From an uncultured Syntrophaceae bacterium (GTDB lineage Bacteria > Desulfobacterota > Syntrophia > Syntrophales > UBA2185), in assembly GCA_964564625.1 (NCBI GenBank), contig CAZMBE010000004.1:51615-115614 (forward strand): a DNA stretch of 64,000 bases, read 5' to 3'. Position numbers and translations under genes: made by a program. This document shows, one piece after another, positions 1 to 9,347 of the stretch (its first letter is position 1; each line of letters starts with the position of its first letter). The notes beneath the pieces were generated by a model. It had not been told where the DNA came from, searched no databases, and saw nothing but the letters and a program-made list of their open reading frames with translations.

Positions 1-1203
1 CCTGATATGAATGGCCGGTATAATAAAACCCATGTCCGTAGCCAGTTGCTTCCGCAATGACTTAATTCTCTGGAGCAGTTCACCGCCTTGTGTTGCATCG
101 ACAAGGGGTATAAGACCATAACCAACCTCAAGTTCCATTAAATCAAGGGCCAAAAGTTTTTCTACGGACTCTTTCGGCACAACAGCGGGCGCCTCCCCTT
201 TTATCTCTTCTTTCTTCTTTGCAAACTTAAAAAGATTATACGCCAATGCACCACTGATTAGAGAAATAATGATGAAAGGAACCTTCGGCATACCTGGGAT
301 CATACCGAATATGAAAAGCATGACTGACGCCGTGGCAATCGCTTTCGGCTGAACGAAAAGCTGCCCCGTAAGATCGGCGCCGAGATTAGAGGATGAAGTG
401 GACCTCGTCACAAGCATACCGGCGGCGGTTGATACAATCAAGGCAGGAACCTGGGTAACAAGCCCGTCACCGATGCTAAGGAGAGTATAATTACAGGCTG
501 CATCCGCAACCTGCATGCCCTGCTGCAGAACACCGATGATCAACCCACCCACAACATTGATCAGTATGATCACAATACCGGCGATAGCATCACCCCTGAC
601 AAATTTGCTTGCCCCATCCATTGCCCCATAGAAGTCGGCTTCTCTTTCAATCTCTGACCTCCTCCTGCGGGCATCCGCTTCTGTAATCAGACCTGCATTG
701 AGATCTGCGTCAATGCTCATCTGTTTACCCGGCATGGCATCCAGAGTAAACCGAGCGGCGACTTCCGCGATTCTTGTAGCGCCCTTGGTAATAACAACAA
801 AATTAATCAGGGTTAGAACAAAGAATACAATCAAACCGACAATATAATTCCCACCGACAACAAATGTTCCAAATGCCTTGATAACCTGGCCGGCAGCAGC
901 GGTCCCTTCATTTCCATGAAGCAGAATCAGTCGTGTAGACGCTACATTCAGAGATAACCGAAGGAGGGTTACCGTGAGCAGAATGGAAGGAAACACAGAT
1001 AAATCCAAAGGTCTCATCACATACATGGACATGAGTAGAATGACGATGGAAATAGTAATGTTGAAAGAAAGCAGCAAGTCCAGCAAGAACGTCGGGAGCG
1101 GTACGATCATGATGATAAGTACACCAATCACGCCGACAGCCAGGATTGCCGTCCCGCTTTTTTCCCATCCGCGAAGAGATTCTGTATTCACGTACGTTGT
1201 CAT
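1..1203 (-). CDS. flhA: Flagellar export gate protein FlhA, N-terminal ~401 codons (3' part lies outside the window)
   Basis: Own translation of the minus strand from the ATG at 1203-1201 is open to position 1. It reads MTTYVNTESLRGWEKSGTAILAVGVIGVLIIMIVPLP...FPSILLTVTLLRLSLNVASTRLIL...FTLDAMPGKQMSIDADL...GAMDGASKFVRGDAIAG, the typical FHIPEP/FlhA membrane domain. A GAGGA RBS sits upstream. The gene follows flhB. It is absent from the ORF track because it runs off the edge. Confidence 0.9.
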   Translation of the reverse strand, partial: MTTYVNTESLRGWEKSGTAILAVGVIGVLIIMIVPLPTFLLDLLLSFNITISIVILLMSMYVMRPLDLSVFPSILLTVTLLRLSLNVASTRLILLHGNEGTAAAGQVIKAFGTFVVGGNYIVGLIVFFVLTLINFVVITKGATRIAEVAARFTLDAMPGKQMSIDADLNAGLITEADARRRRSEIEREADFYGAMDGASKFVRGDAIAGIVIILINVVGGLIIGVLQQGMQVADAACNYTLLSIGDGLVTQVPALIVSTAAGMLVTRSTSSSNLGADLTGQLFVQPKAIATASVMLFIFGMIPGMPKVPFIIISLISGALAYNLFKFAKKKEEIKGEAPAVVPKESVEKLLALDLMELEVGYGLIPLVDATQGGELLQRIKSLRKQLATDMGFIIPAIHIR

Positions 1204-1221
1204 GTTTCCTCTATACCGTTA

Positions 1222-2286
1222 CTATTTTTCTTTCAGGCCATACACATATGCCAGTACTTCAGCAACGGCCTTATATAAATTTTTCGGTATTGCCTCGTCT
1301 ACCTTTACCATCTTATACAATACGCGTGCCAAAGGTTTATTCTCAATAACGCGCACATTGTTTTCTCTGGCAATCTCTCTTATTCTCTCCGCAACAAACC
1401 CGGCACCCTTGGCAACAACAACAGGTGCAAACATCTTTCTTTGGTCATACTGCAACGCCACCGCAATATGATCAGGGTTTGTAATCACCACATCCGCCTT
1501 GGGAACCTGGGCCATCATCCTCTTTCTCGCCATTTCTCTCTGAATACGTCTGACTCTTGCCTTGATAAGGGGATCTCCATCTGTTTGCTTATATTCATCC
1601 TTTATCTCCTGCTTGGACATTTTGAGTCCTTTTTCATGTTCCCAGCGCTGATATGCATAATCAAGAACAGCAAGAACAATTAAAACCCATGAAGTTCTCA
1701 GGATAATATTGAAAGAAATCCGCCCAATATACACCATTATTTCTCCGACACTTTTATCCATCAGGGAGGGAAGATTTTCCAATTCACTTGCCACCGTCAC
1801 ATAGGCAACATAGCCCACAATGCATAGCTTAAGGGTGTTCTTTGCCAACTCCGCAAATGACTTGATGGAAAATAATCTCGTAAATCCCTTGATCGGATTT
1901 ATCTTAGAAAATTTTGGTTCCAGTGATTCCGCAGAAACTACAAAACCCACCTGGATAAGGTTGGCAAAAAGACCTGCCACAAGAACTGTCAGGAGAAGTG
2001 GCGCGATAAGAATAAAAAACTCATATAACCAGCCCACGGCGAGAGTCTGAATGTTGTTGTTATCGATGAGTAATGTTCCTGAATCTTTTAGAAAACCACT
2101 TAGCAGACCCATCATCTTTTTGACCAGGCGACCGGAGTCAAAATAAAAATATATTAAAGAGGCTAACAGTATCGTAACGGAGGCTACCTCCTGGCTTCTG
2201 GCAACCTGCCCTTTCTTTCGTGCCTCTTCACGCCGCTTCGGCGTCGCTTGCTCTGTTTTTTCCTGATCTTTATCGTTTTCTGCCAT
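1222..2286 (-). CDS. flhB: Flagellar export apparatus protein FlhB
   Basis: 354 aa. The N-terminus MAENDKDQEKTEQATPKRREEARKKGQVARSQE and the NPDHIAVAL autocleavage-site (NPTH-like) region are FlhB hallmarks. Sits between fliR and flhA. Confidence 0.93.
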   Translation of the reverse strand: MAENDKDQEKTEQATPKRREEARKKGQVARSQEVASVTILLASLIYFYFDSGRLVKKMMGLLSGFLKDSGTLLIDNNNIQTLAVGWLYEFFILIAPLLLTVLVAGLFANLIQVGFVVSAESLEPKFSKINPIKGFTRLFSIKSFAELAKNTLKLCIVGYVAYVTVASELENLPSLMDKSVGEIMVYIGRISFNIILRTSWVLIVLAVLDYAYQRWEHEKGLKMSKQEIKDEYKQTDGDPLIKARVRRIQREMARKRMMAQVPKADVVITNPDHIAVALQYDQRKMFAPVVVAKGAGFVAERIREIARENNVRVIENKPLARVLYKMVKVDEAIPKNLYKAVAEVLAYVYGLKEK

Positions 2287-2399
2287 GAATCTATAGTTGC
2301 TTGCCTTCTTCAGTCTGTATGAAAAAAACTACCTTACAATCACCCCATCAATTGAGTAATGCAGGCAGAATTAATGACGCTGTAGTCAAAAAACTGTCT

Positions 2400-3170
2400 T
2401 CACATGAGTCTGAGAAGTGAGATAATTTCCCCCTCAAGATTGGTAAAGTAACTTCCCAAGACTCTAAAAAATACTGGCAATGTAATTCCTACACTGATAA
2501 GCCCTATTGCTATCTGCAGAGGAAACCCGACGATAAATATGTTAATCTGGGGGACTGTCCTTGCGATCAGGCCCATACCGACACTGGTAAATAACAACAC
2601 TGCTATTATGGGGGCACCCGTTTTGATGGCAACTTCCAGCATATTCTTCACAAAAACAACTATGACTTGTATCAACTCACCAGAAAAATGAAACCCTAAG
2701 GGGGGAATTATCCGGAAACTCTCTGCGATGGAGTATAAAAAAATGTGGTGGCCATTCAAAATCAGGAATACCAGCATTGCAATAAGATACTGAAACTGAG
2801 CGATGATGGAAACCTGTTCATTATTGACGGGATCAATCACATTCACAATTGCAAAGCCCATTTGAAACCCTATGAGCTGTCCGGCAAGCTGAATTCCGTC
2901 GAATATCAGCCTTCCGATGAAACCTATCATGACGCCAATCATAATCTCCCCCGCCATCCTGAACACGAGGGAAAAAATATCGGCACTGAGTCTCCATGCA
3001 GCTGCCTGCACTGACGGAAACATAAGTAACGTAATGAGAAGAGATAGTCCTGCCTTAATCCTGAAGGGAACGATCCTGTCTCCCAATATGGGGATCGTAA
3101 TAATCATGGCACTCACCCGGAGTAGAATGAGAATGAATATTTCTGCCTGTTCGGTTGTTATGTAGGGCAT
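2400..3170 (-). CDS. fliR: Flagellar export apparatus protein FliR
   Basis: 256-aa polytopic membrane protein positioned between fliQ and flhB, with the typical FliR length and hydrophobic pattern. Confidence 0.88.
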   Translation of the reverse strand: MPYITTEQAEIFILILLRVSAMIITIPILGDRIVPFRIKAGLSLLITLLMFPSVQAAAWRLSADIFSLVFRMAGEIMIGVMIGFIGRLIFDGIQLAGQLIGFQMGFAIVNVIDPVNNEQVSIIAQFQYLIAMLVFLILNGHHIFLYSIAESFRIIPPLGFHFSGELIQVIVVFVKNMLEVAIKTGAPIIAVLLFTSVGMGLIARTVPQINIFIVGFPLQIAIGLISVGITLPVFFRVLGSYFTNLEGEIISLLRLM

Positions 3171-3296
3171 ATTTCAAATTGAAAATCCCGATTCATGGTT
3201 CCCCTGCCGGTGTGTTGAAAAAAAAGGCCAGGAGTTCACATGCTCGACAATTTTTCCTAGCACTTCACTCGAGCCCTTGAACCCTTGAGAGACCTT

Positions 3297-3566
3297 CTAC
3301 CTGACATACGACGAAAAATTGGAAAATATAGAATGGGTATACGATATCATTATATTAAGCATCCACGGTAATGCCACAATGAGCGCAATTAACACGGCCA
3401 CTATTTTAGGAACAAAGACCAACGTCATTTCCTGAATCTGCGTTACGGCCTGGAAGATGCTGATCGCGAGCCCGACGGCCAAACCAATAAGCAGCATAGG
3501 TGCCGAGACCAGAAGCGTTACTTTAATCGTCTCAACGGCGATACCCATTACGAAATCAGTAGACAT
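3297..3566 (-). CDS. fliQ: Flagellar export apparatus protein FliQ
   Basis: 89 aa with two TM segments. Contains AVTQIQEMTLVFVPKI, the conserved FliQ core. Confidence 0.92.
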   Translation of the reverse strand: MSTDFVMGIAVETIKVTLLVSAPMLLIGLAVGLAISIFQAVTQIQEMTLVFVPKIVAVLIALIVALPWMLNIMISYTHSIFSNFSSYVR

Positions 3567-3636
3567 TCACAGAATCCCCTCTCTTTTTTGCGCACATACA
3601 GGCATTTACGGGTGTGAATACGCATCTATAACCAAT

Positions 3637-4422
3637 TTATAAAGTTCCAAAACTTTGAACCAGTGATCCAACAATTAGATACCAACCATCAACCAGGACG
3701 AACAGGAGTAATTTAAAGGGAAGACTCACCATAATAGGGGGGAGCATAAGCATTCCCATGGAAAGAAGCACACTGGCAATCACCATATCTAACACGAGAA
3801 AGGGCATATATATTAAGAACCCGATCTGAAAAGCGGTTCTCAATTCACTTATCACAAAGGAAGGAATTAACACGGAAAGGGATATATCTGCGGGTGATTC
3901 GGGTCTTTTCGCCTTGGAAATTTTTACAAAAAGGGCGAGATCTTTTTCCCTTGTCTGCTTAAGCATAAAATCTCTAATCGGCTGGGAGCTGAGTTCAAAG
4001 GCCTTCTCCCCCGATATTTGTTTGTTGAAATAGGGTTGGAGAGCCTGGGTATTTACCCTTTCCCAGACAGGCGTCATAATAAAAAACGTCAGAAAAAGCG
4101 ACAGGCCTATAATTACCTGATTAGGAGGCAGCTGTTGTGTTCCAAGAGCATGTCTGAGAAGAGAAAATACCACGACAATTCTCGTAAACGAAGTCAACAT
4201 GATAAGTATGGAAGGAGCAAGAGCCAATACCGTAAGCAGCATGAGGAGTTTAAGTACCGTCGATACCTGATCCGATTCCCCGGATCCACCAAGGTTCAGA
4301 TTGACGGTCGGAATAGGGAGTGGTTCAGCACACACTGATGTGATGCTCAAGGAAAAAAAACAGATGACAATCAGCACACAAGCCGTATATTTCTTCATAT
4401 TTTTAAGGGCCTGCTTACTCAT
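3637..4422 (-). CDS. fliP: Flagellar export apparatus protein FliP
   Basis: 261 aa with a signal-like N-terminus. Contains [42 protein letters not shown], the FliP signature region. Confidence 0.93.
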   Translation of the reverse strand: MSKQALKNMKKYTACVLIVICFFSLSITSVCAEPLPIPTVNLNLGGSGESDQVSTVLKLLMLLTVLALAPSILIMLTSFTRIVVVFSLLRHALGTQQLPPNQVIIGLSLFLTFFIMTPVWERVNTQALQPYFNKQISGEKAFELSSQPIRDFMLKQTREKDLALFVKISKAKRPESPADISLSVLIPSFVISELRTAFQIGFLIYMPFLVLDMVIASVLLSMGMLMLPPIMVSLPFKLLLFVLVDGWYLIVGSLVQSFGTL

Positions 4423-4867
4423 TTTCTCTTGGCCCCTTTCTTGTCCTGCCCGAGAGCATCAACTTATTTCTGTACAATGCCAGATTATCAAAAACGGACA
4501 CAGGACCTTTTTTTCCTATCTCAACTTCTTTCAAATGCTCCAGAGATTTGGGGTCAGAAATCGTTGTCAACATGGTAATCTGATTGTTTGCAATTCCCAC
4601 GACGATAATATTGCTGAGAACATCCATAAGCATAATGCTGCATTTTGGTCCTATATATCTGGTTGAGATAATTTTAATGAACTTACCATCATCGATTCCG
4701 GCCCCCCCACCCTTGATAAACTTCTTCAGGAAATACATGGCTGCAATCATAATCCCCAACACGACGGCAAGAGCCGACACCATTGTAACCAGAGAAGAAA
4801 AAAAATCTACTCCACCCACTGTAATCCTCCTATTTAAGCTTGCTGACTCTTTCTGCCGGAGAAACAA
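4415..4867 (-). CDS. fliO: Flagellar biosynthesis protein FliO/FliZ (single-pass membrane protein); start uncertain
   Basis: 150 aa with a single TM segment ([22 protein letters not shown]). Position between fliN and fliP. Overlaps fliN by 38 nt, so an internal start is possible. Confidence 0.6.
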   Translation of the reverse strand: MFLRQKESASLNRRITVGGVDFFSSLVTMVSALAVVLGIMIAAMYFLKKFIKGGGAGIDDGKFIKIISTRYIGPKCSIMLMDVLSNIIVVGIANNQITMLTTISDPKSLEHLKEVEIGKKGPVSVFDNLALYRNKLMLSGRTRKGPRENE

Positions 4868-5270
4868 TATCCGTCAGACGCACGCCAAATTTTTCATTGA
4901 CTACTACTACTTCACCCTTGGCAATCAATTTCTGATTAATGAATACATCCATCGGCTCACCGGCGAACTTGACCAGTTCAACAACTGATCCCTGTCCCAA
5001 TTGAAGAAGCTCTCCTATCAACATCTTGCTTCTGCCCAATTCAACGGTTACGGTAAGGGGAATATCAAGAATAAAATCTATATCTATAGCTGCGCTATTT
5101 TTTTGTTCAGTTTTTTGAAGTTCTTCAAAATTCGCGGTGCTTACGGCAGTCTTAGGTTTTTTCTTTGATGCCTCCATTTCCTCCTGAACATCGTCCCATG
5201 AGAGAGCCTCGTCACTCTTGTCCCCGGAATCCGTTCCCTTCATAAGGTTGTCTATTTCACTCTGCTCCAT
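4830..5270 (-). CDS. fliN: Flagellar motor switch protein FliN
   Basis: 146 aa. The C-terminal SpoA domain reads [67 protein letters not shown]. Confidence 0.92.
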   Translation of the reverse strand: MEQSEIDNLMKGTDSGDKSDEALSWDDVQEEMEASKKKPKTAVSTANFEELQKTEQKNSAAIDIDFILDIPLTVTVELGRSKMLIGELLQLGQGSVVELVKFAGEPMDVFINQKLIAKGEVVVVNEKFGVRLTDIVSPAERVSKLK

Positions 5271-6258
5271 ATTGAATAACCTCTTTCTTAGTAATGAGAT
5301 TCCGAATCTGCAAGGCCTTGTTCCCCCTGCATATACCCGGGAATCCTTTAAATTTTCTCATGCCTTCCACGTAGACATCTATGGGATCCGAAGCATATTG
5401 ATCCAGGAGAATTATATCTCCTATTTTGAGATCCCGTACTTCACGGGTTAAAAGGTGTGTACGCCCCAATTGAGCTACCAACTCAAGTCCAGAGGACATC
5501 AGTTCTTCTTTCAAACGTTTCTCCCATTCCTTATCAACCTCAAGCTGGTCACTCTGAAATCCAGCTCTTAATTTTTCCCTGATTGGTTCCAGGGTTGAGT
5601 AAGGAATACATAAAGAAATAATACCGGAGGAATAATCCATTTCCATCTCGAAATTAATCACCACAACAACATCTGTTAAAGGGACAATATGTGCGAATTG
5701 AGGGTTCACTTCAGATCTTTGATAGGCCATTCTTACATCCAACAAAGTCTTCCACGCTCTTTCCAGATCAAGCAAGGCGCTTAACACAACTTTTTTGATA
5801 AGATTATTTTCAATTGCAGTGAATTCTCTCCCTTCTACCTTATATGAATCCTTGCCGGAACCTCCAAAGACTATATCTACAAGACTAAAAATAACTTTTG
5901 ACTCCACAACAATGACCGCGTTACCTCTTAGGGGATCTATACGGAAGAGATGCATACTGGTGGGAACGGGCAATGTCTTAAGAAAGTCACCGTACTTTAT
6001 TGTATCAATGGACAGGGCGGTTACACTGACAACCTTTCTTAGCATTGAGGAAAGAGTAGCTCGGAACATTCTGGCAAACTTCTCGTTGGTCATCTCGAGG
6101 GTAGGCATTCTCCCCCTGATAATCCGATCCTGACTGCTCAAATCATACCGTATGGCAACTGAAGGATCTTCTTCCTTGTGAGATTCTGTCTCGACTTCAC
6201 CATCCGATATTCCCTTTAAAAGGGCATCAACTTCTTCCTGTGTTAATATTTGAGACAT
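5257..6258 (-). CDS. fliM: Flagellar motor switch protein FliM
   Basis: 333 aa. N-terminal CheY-P binding-type motif MSQILTQEEVDALL. FliM middle domain and C-terminal SpoA-like domain. Confidence 0.92.
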   Translation of the reverse strand: MSQILTQEEVDALLKGISDGEVETESHKEEDPSVAIRYDLSSQDRIIRGRMPTLEMTNEKFARMFRATLSSMLRKVVSVTALSIDTIKYGDFLKTLPVPTSMHLFRIDPLRGNAVIVVESKVIFSLVDIVFGGSGKDSYKVEGREFTAIENNLIKKVVLSALLDLERAWKTLLDVRMAYQRSEVNPQFAHIVPLTDVVVVINFEMEMDYSSGIISLCIPYSTLEPIREKLRAGFQSDQLEVDKEWEKRLKEELMSSGLELVAQLGRTHLLTREVRDLKIGDIILLDQYASDPIDVYVEGMRKFKGFPGICRGNKALQIRNLITKKEVIQYGAE

Positions 6259-6338
6259 GAAAACACCTTATCTTAGTAACGCATTAGTCTGACTGGGCCG
6301 TCCAATCTCGGCAGCGATAAATACTTTAAAAATACCTG

Positions 6339-6827
6339 CTACTGGACCACAAAGTCTGTGAAGTAAACCTTAAGAATCTTTCCACCAGTTATAAAGCTGT
6401 TCAACCGCATCATGATCTCTTCCCGCAGACGCTGTTTCCCGGAAATATCCATGATATCTTTGTAAGACTTTGATGAGAGGAGATCCAGAACGTTATCTCT
6501 CAGTTTCGGTTTCAACTGGTTCAATTCCGCGATACAATTTTTGTCTGAGATGTCCAGTTCGATCATAATCTTCAGGTAACGGTCAGAACCTCCAGGATCC
6601 TGTATGTTGACGATGAAAGGATCCATAGGCCATATTGCTGCTACCGGCGCCTGCTGCTGTTGTTGTTCCTTTTTACCGAAAGCATTTTTATAATACATGG
6701 TCCCGATAACACCTCCCGCCACCACGACCAGTACGGCGACACCTATAATGATCAGTTTTTTGAGAGGCAATTTTTTCTTTTGCGGGACCTCTTCCACCAC
6801 TTTCTCTTCTTTTTCTTCTCTTGCCAT
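6339..6827 (-). CDS. fliL: Flagellar basal body-associated protein FliL
   Basis: 162 aa with a single N-terminal TM segment. FliL-like C-terminus (YLKIMIELDISD...LRDNVLDLLSSKSY...EEIMMRLN). Positioned before fliM. Confidence 0.85.
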   Translation of the reverse strand: MAREEKEEKVVEEVPQKKKLPLKKLIIIGVAVLVVVAGGVIGTMYYKNAFGKKEQQQQQAPVAAIWPMDPFIVNIQDPGGSDRYLKIMIELDISDKNCIAELNQLKPKLRDNVLDLLSSKSYKDIMDISGKQRLREEIMMRLNSFITGGKILKVYFTDFVVQ

Positions 6828-6886
6828 TTTCTCCTCTCAATCTTCATGAATTTTACTATGATTTCTTGTTCTACAACACTTGTGAT

Positions 6887-6902
6887 AGCAAATAACATAC
6901 CA
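6887..6902 (-). promoter_or_regulatory. Sigma-54 (-24/-12) promoter upstream of fliL
   Basis: The minus strand reads TGGTATGTTATTTGCT. GG and GC have the canonical spacing of the TGGCAC-N5-TTGCW consensus. The site is about 60 nt upstream of the fliL ATG (6827). Confidence 0.7.
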
Positions 6903-7200
6903 GAGAAATACACACGGGCCGGAGGATGTCGTACAGAACGGGGAACTCTGATTCACGGGCAAGGGAGTTCAGAATTGTCCGAGACTCCTGCAAAAAAAAA
7001 CCCCTTTGAGGAGATTTCGTGTCATCTTTCCGTAGATTTCTTCATCAAATTAATAGTTTCAAAAAATCCGTTGAAAGCGTGATTTTTTATAAAGAAATTT
7101 TCTTGAAAAATATGACCGGTGGGATTGAGAACATTGAACGCCCTTGCAGCCATTTCAACAAGGGAGCTTTTTGACAAATAGTCAGAAATTTGACAAGAAT

Positions 7201-7228
7201 GGTAAGGGCTGATGGCTCAGCCCCTACC
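7201..7228 (-). terminator. Strong stem-loop about 70 nt downstream of the flgE stop (possible terminator or processing/stability element)
   Basis: 12-bp stem with a tetraloop. The single non-Watson-Crick position is A.C on the plus strand but G.U on the minus strand, which favours function in the minus-strand transcript. No immediate U-tract follows. A U9 run preceded by a weak hairpin lies further downstream at 6991-7017. Confidence 0.4.
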
Positions 7229-7299
7229 ATGAAGTAGTATACTACACATTCAGGTTTTTGCAAAATATCCCATTAAAGAGTGAGAGTTAGCAAATGTCT

Positions 7300-8538
7300 C
7301 TATCTCTTAATGTTCATCAGCTCCGTCATCATCTGATCCTGTGTGGTGATGACTCTCGCACTCGCCGAATACGCTTTCTGGGCCGTGATCATGTTGATAA
7401 ACTCGGTGGCCACATCAGTGTTCGACATCTCCAGACTGTTTGATGACACATCACCCATTCCGGAGGCGCCGGGAATGTTTCTGATGGCTGGCCCGGAAGT
7501 TATCGTTTCAGCGAACAGATTGGCACCCATCTTTCTCAAACCCCAGGTATTATCGAAATCAGCAAGAACAATCTGGGCCAGGTCCGACGTCTGCCCGTTC
7601 GTGAAGAAACCGCTTATGGTTCCATCGCCTGTGATGGAAAGGCTTTTTAAGAGACCGGAGGCGTAGCCGTCATTAGTGAGAGATTTAATGACGGATGTAC
7701 TCGCATATTGAGTCATTGATAACGAAGTGGTACCGACAAGATCCCAGGTGAGCACATTCCCCGTGCCAATTGTCGCTCCGTTGGGAAGTGCTGCAAAAGT
7801 AACGGCCAGGTCAACCGGTGCAACCCATGCGGCTCCATTATACACGTTCACAAGATCCCCATCGGAATCAAACTGGAGCCCTGTGTACGGGCATGCCGCA
7901 TTCACTCCATCCAAGGTAACCTGAAAGTCCCATTCACCATTTGTTGCGGTCTTAGTGAAGGTAATACCAAGGCTGTGTCGATCTCCCAGCGAGTCATACA
8001 CGGTCTGTGTGGTCGTGTAGGTATCAGTTGCCACTGTGTCGGAGTTCAGATTCACACCCACAGAGTACTCCGTCGTCGTTGCCGGTGCGGACTGGACATT
8101 TCTAAGAGAAATATCCGTAATCATTCCTGTGGAGGAACCGAAAAAGTTGTACCCCTGAAGCTTGTAACCGTTTGTATCGACAAGATTGCCGCTGCTGTCC
8201 AGGTGAAATGCCCCTGCCCGTGTGTAAAATGTAGCACCGTCCTGGTCGTTCACCATGAAAAAACCGTCCCCGTCAATCGCCACATCGGTGGCATTACCTG
8301 TTGTCTCGAAAGAACCGGGACCGAACAGTGTACCGACTTCCGTTACCTCAACACCACGCCCTACCTGCATGGAACCTGACGAACCACCGGAGATGCTCTG
8401 GCTTAAGACATCCGCGAAGAATATTTTACCCGCCTTATACCCTATTGTATTTACGTTCGCGATATTATTCGCTATGACGTCCATCTGTTTTGAACTGGAA
8501 TTTAAGCCTGAAATCCCTGCCCATAATGCACTTCCCAT
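7300..8538 (-). CDS. flgE: Flagellar hook protein FlgE
   Basis: 412 aa. The N-terminus MGSALWAGISGLNSSSKQMDVIANNIANVNTIGYK and the C-terminus TEFINMITAQKAYSASARVITTQDQMMTELMNIKR are rod/hook family termini. An AAGGAGG RBS is present. Confidence 0.92.
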   Translation of the reverse strand: MGSALWAGISGLNSSSKQMDVIANNIANVNTIGYKAGKIFFADVLSQSISGGSSGSMQVGRGVEVTEVGTLFGPGSFETTGNATDVAIDGDGFFMVNDQDGATFYTRAGAFHLDSSGNLVDTNGYKLQGYNFFGSSTGMITDISLRNVQSAPATTTEYSVGVNLNSDTVATDTYTTTQTVYDSLGDRHSLGITFTKTATNGEWDFQVTLDGVNAACPYTGLQFDSDGDLVNVYNGAAWVAPVDLAVTFAALPNGATIGTGNVLTWDLVGTTSLSMTQYASTSVIKSLTNDGYASGLLKSLSITGDGTISGFFTNGQTSDLAQIVLADFDNTWGLRKMGANLFAETITSGPAIRNIPGASGMGDVSSNSLEMSNTDVATEFINMITAQKAYSASARVITTQDQMMTELMNIKR

Positions 8539-8595
8539 TGTTATGTCCTCCTTATAGTTATTGTCATATAGTTTTTTAGTTCTCTACAATACATC

Positions 8596-9240
8596 TTAAC
8601 TCGCCGGCTTCCTGATGGAGACAATATCGGCAAATGTGATATCCTGCCCGTTTATCGTAAGGTAAGGTACACCGTTTTTGATTGTAGCGCCCGTAACCTT
8701 TCCCGTTACCAATGTTGTGGGAGTTATTTCTTTTCCGCTCGTATCCGTCGCAGTTACCTCAAAGGTGTAAGTGCCTGCGGGAAGATTTGCACAACTCCAG
8801 GTCAGCGAATTAGTCCCGGCACTTTGGGATCCGAAGGTCTGCGTTTTCACTAAAGCACCCTGGGCATTGTAAATATTCACACTTCCCTGTTTCACATCGC
8901 TCGGGAGATTATAGTAGAGGGTGTTTGTTGATCCATCGACTATGGAAGTATTTCCTTTGGCAGATACCTCATTGCCAATAAGATTCGCCACCTGTACATT
9001 ATTGATGGATGTGAAGGAAGAACTCAGAGAGCTCATCTGTGTATTCATGTTCTGTAATTGTTCAAGGCTGGAGAACTGCGCCAACTGGGCGACAAATGCC
9101 GTTCCGTCAAGGGGATTGAGAGGATCCTGGTTCTTGAGTTGGGCGATGAGCATCTTCAGGAAATCATCCTTCCCCAGCACGGTTTTCTGCGTCTGACTGG
9201 AACTGGCAGCCCCATTAGTTATACTTGATACTGCGGCCAT
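8596..9240 (-). CDS. flgD: Flagellar hook capping/assembly protein FlgD
   Basis: Contains [41 protein letters not shown], the FlgD N-domain, plus a FlgD Ig-like C-domain. The ATG at 9240 is preferred because GGAGGTG lies 6 nt upstream. The track ORF begins at a GTG at 9249, inside that RBS. Confidence 0.9.
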   Translation of the reverse strand: MAAVSSITNGAASSSQTQKTVLGKDDFLKMLIAQLKNQDPLNPLDGTAFVAQLAQFSSLEQLQNMNTQMSSLSSSFTSINNVQVANLIGNEVSAKGNTSIVDGSTNTLYYNLPSDVKQGSVNIYNAQGALVKTQTFGSQSAGTNSLTWSCANLPAGTYTFEVTATDTSGKEITPTTLVTGKVTGATIKNGVPYLTINGQDITFADIVSIRKPAS

Positions 9241-9347
9241 TTTTTTCACCTCCTGTAAGGGGCTTTGAGAGGTTCCCTCTTAATCACCCCGCCTACTTCT
9301 TTGTGAAATTAATTTTATCCCCTCCCGCCAAATGCGGTTGAGTTCAT

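Noticed and set aside
908-1471. Track ORFs 908-1168 (-), 974-1471 (+) and 1146-1349 (+) at the left edge
   Set aside because: They overlap the long uninterrupted minus-strand frame that translates into an unmistakable FlhA N-terminus (1-1203) and the flhB 3' end. They are out-of-frame or antisense shadows with low-complexity products.
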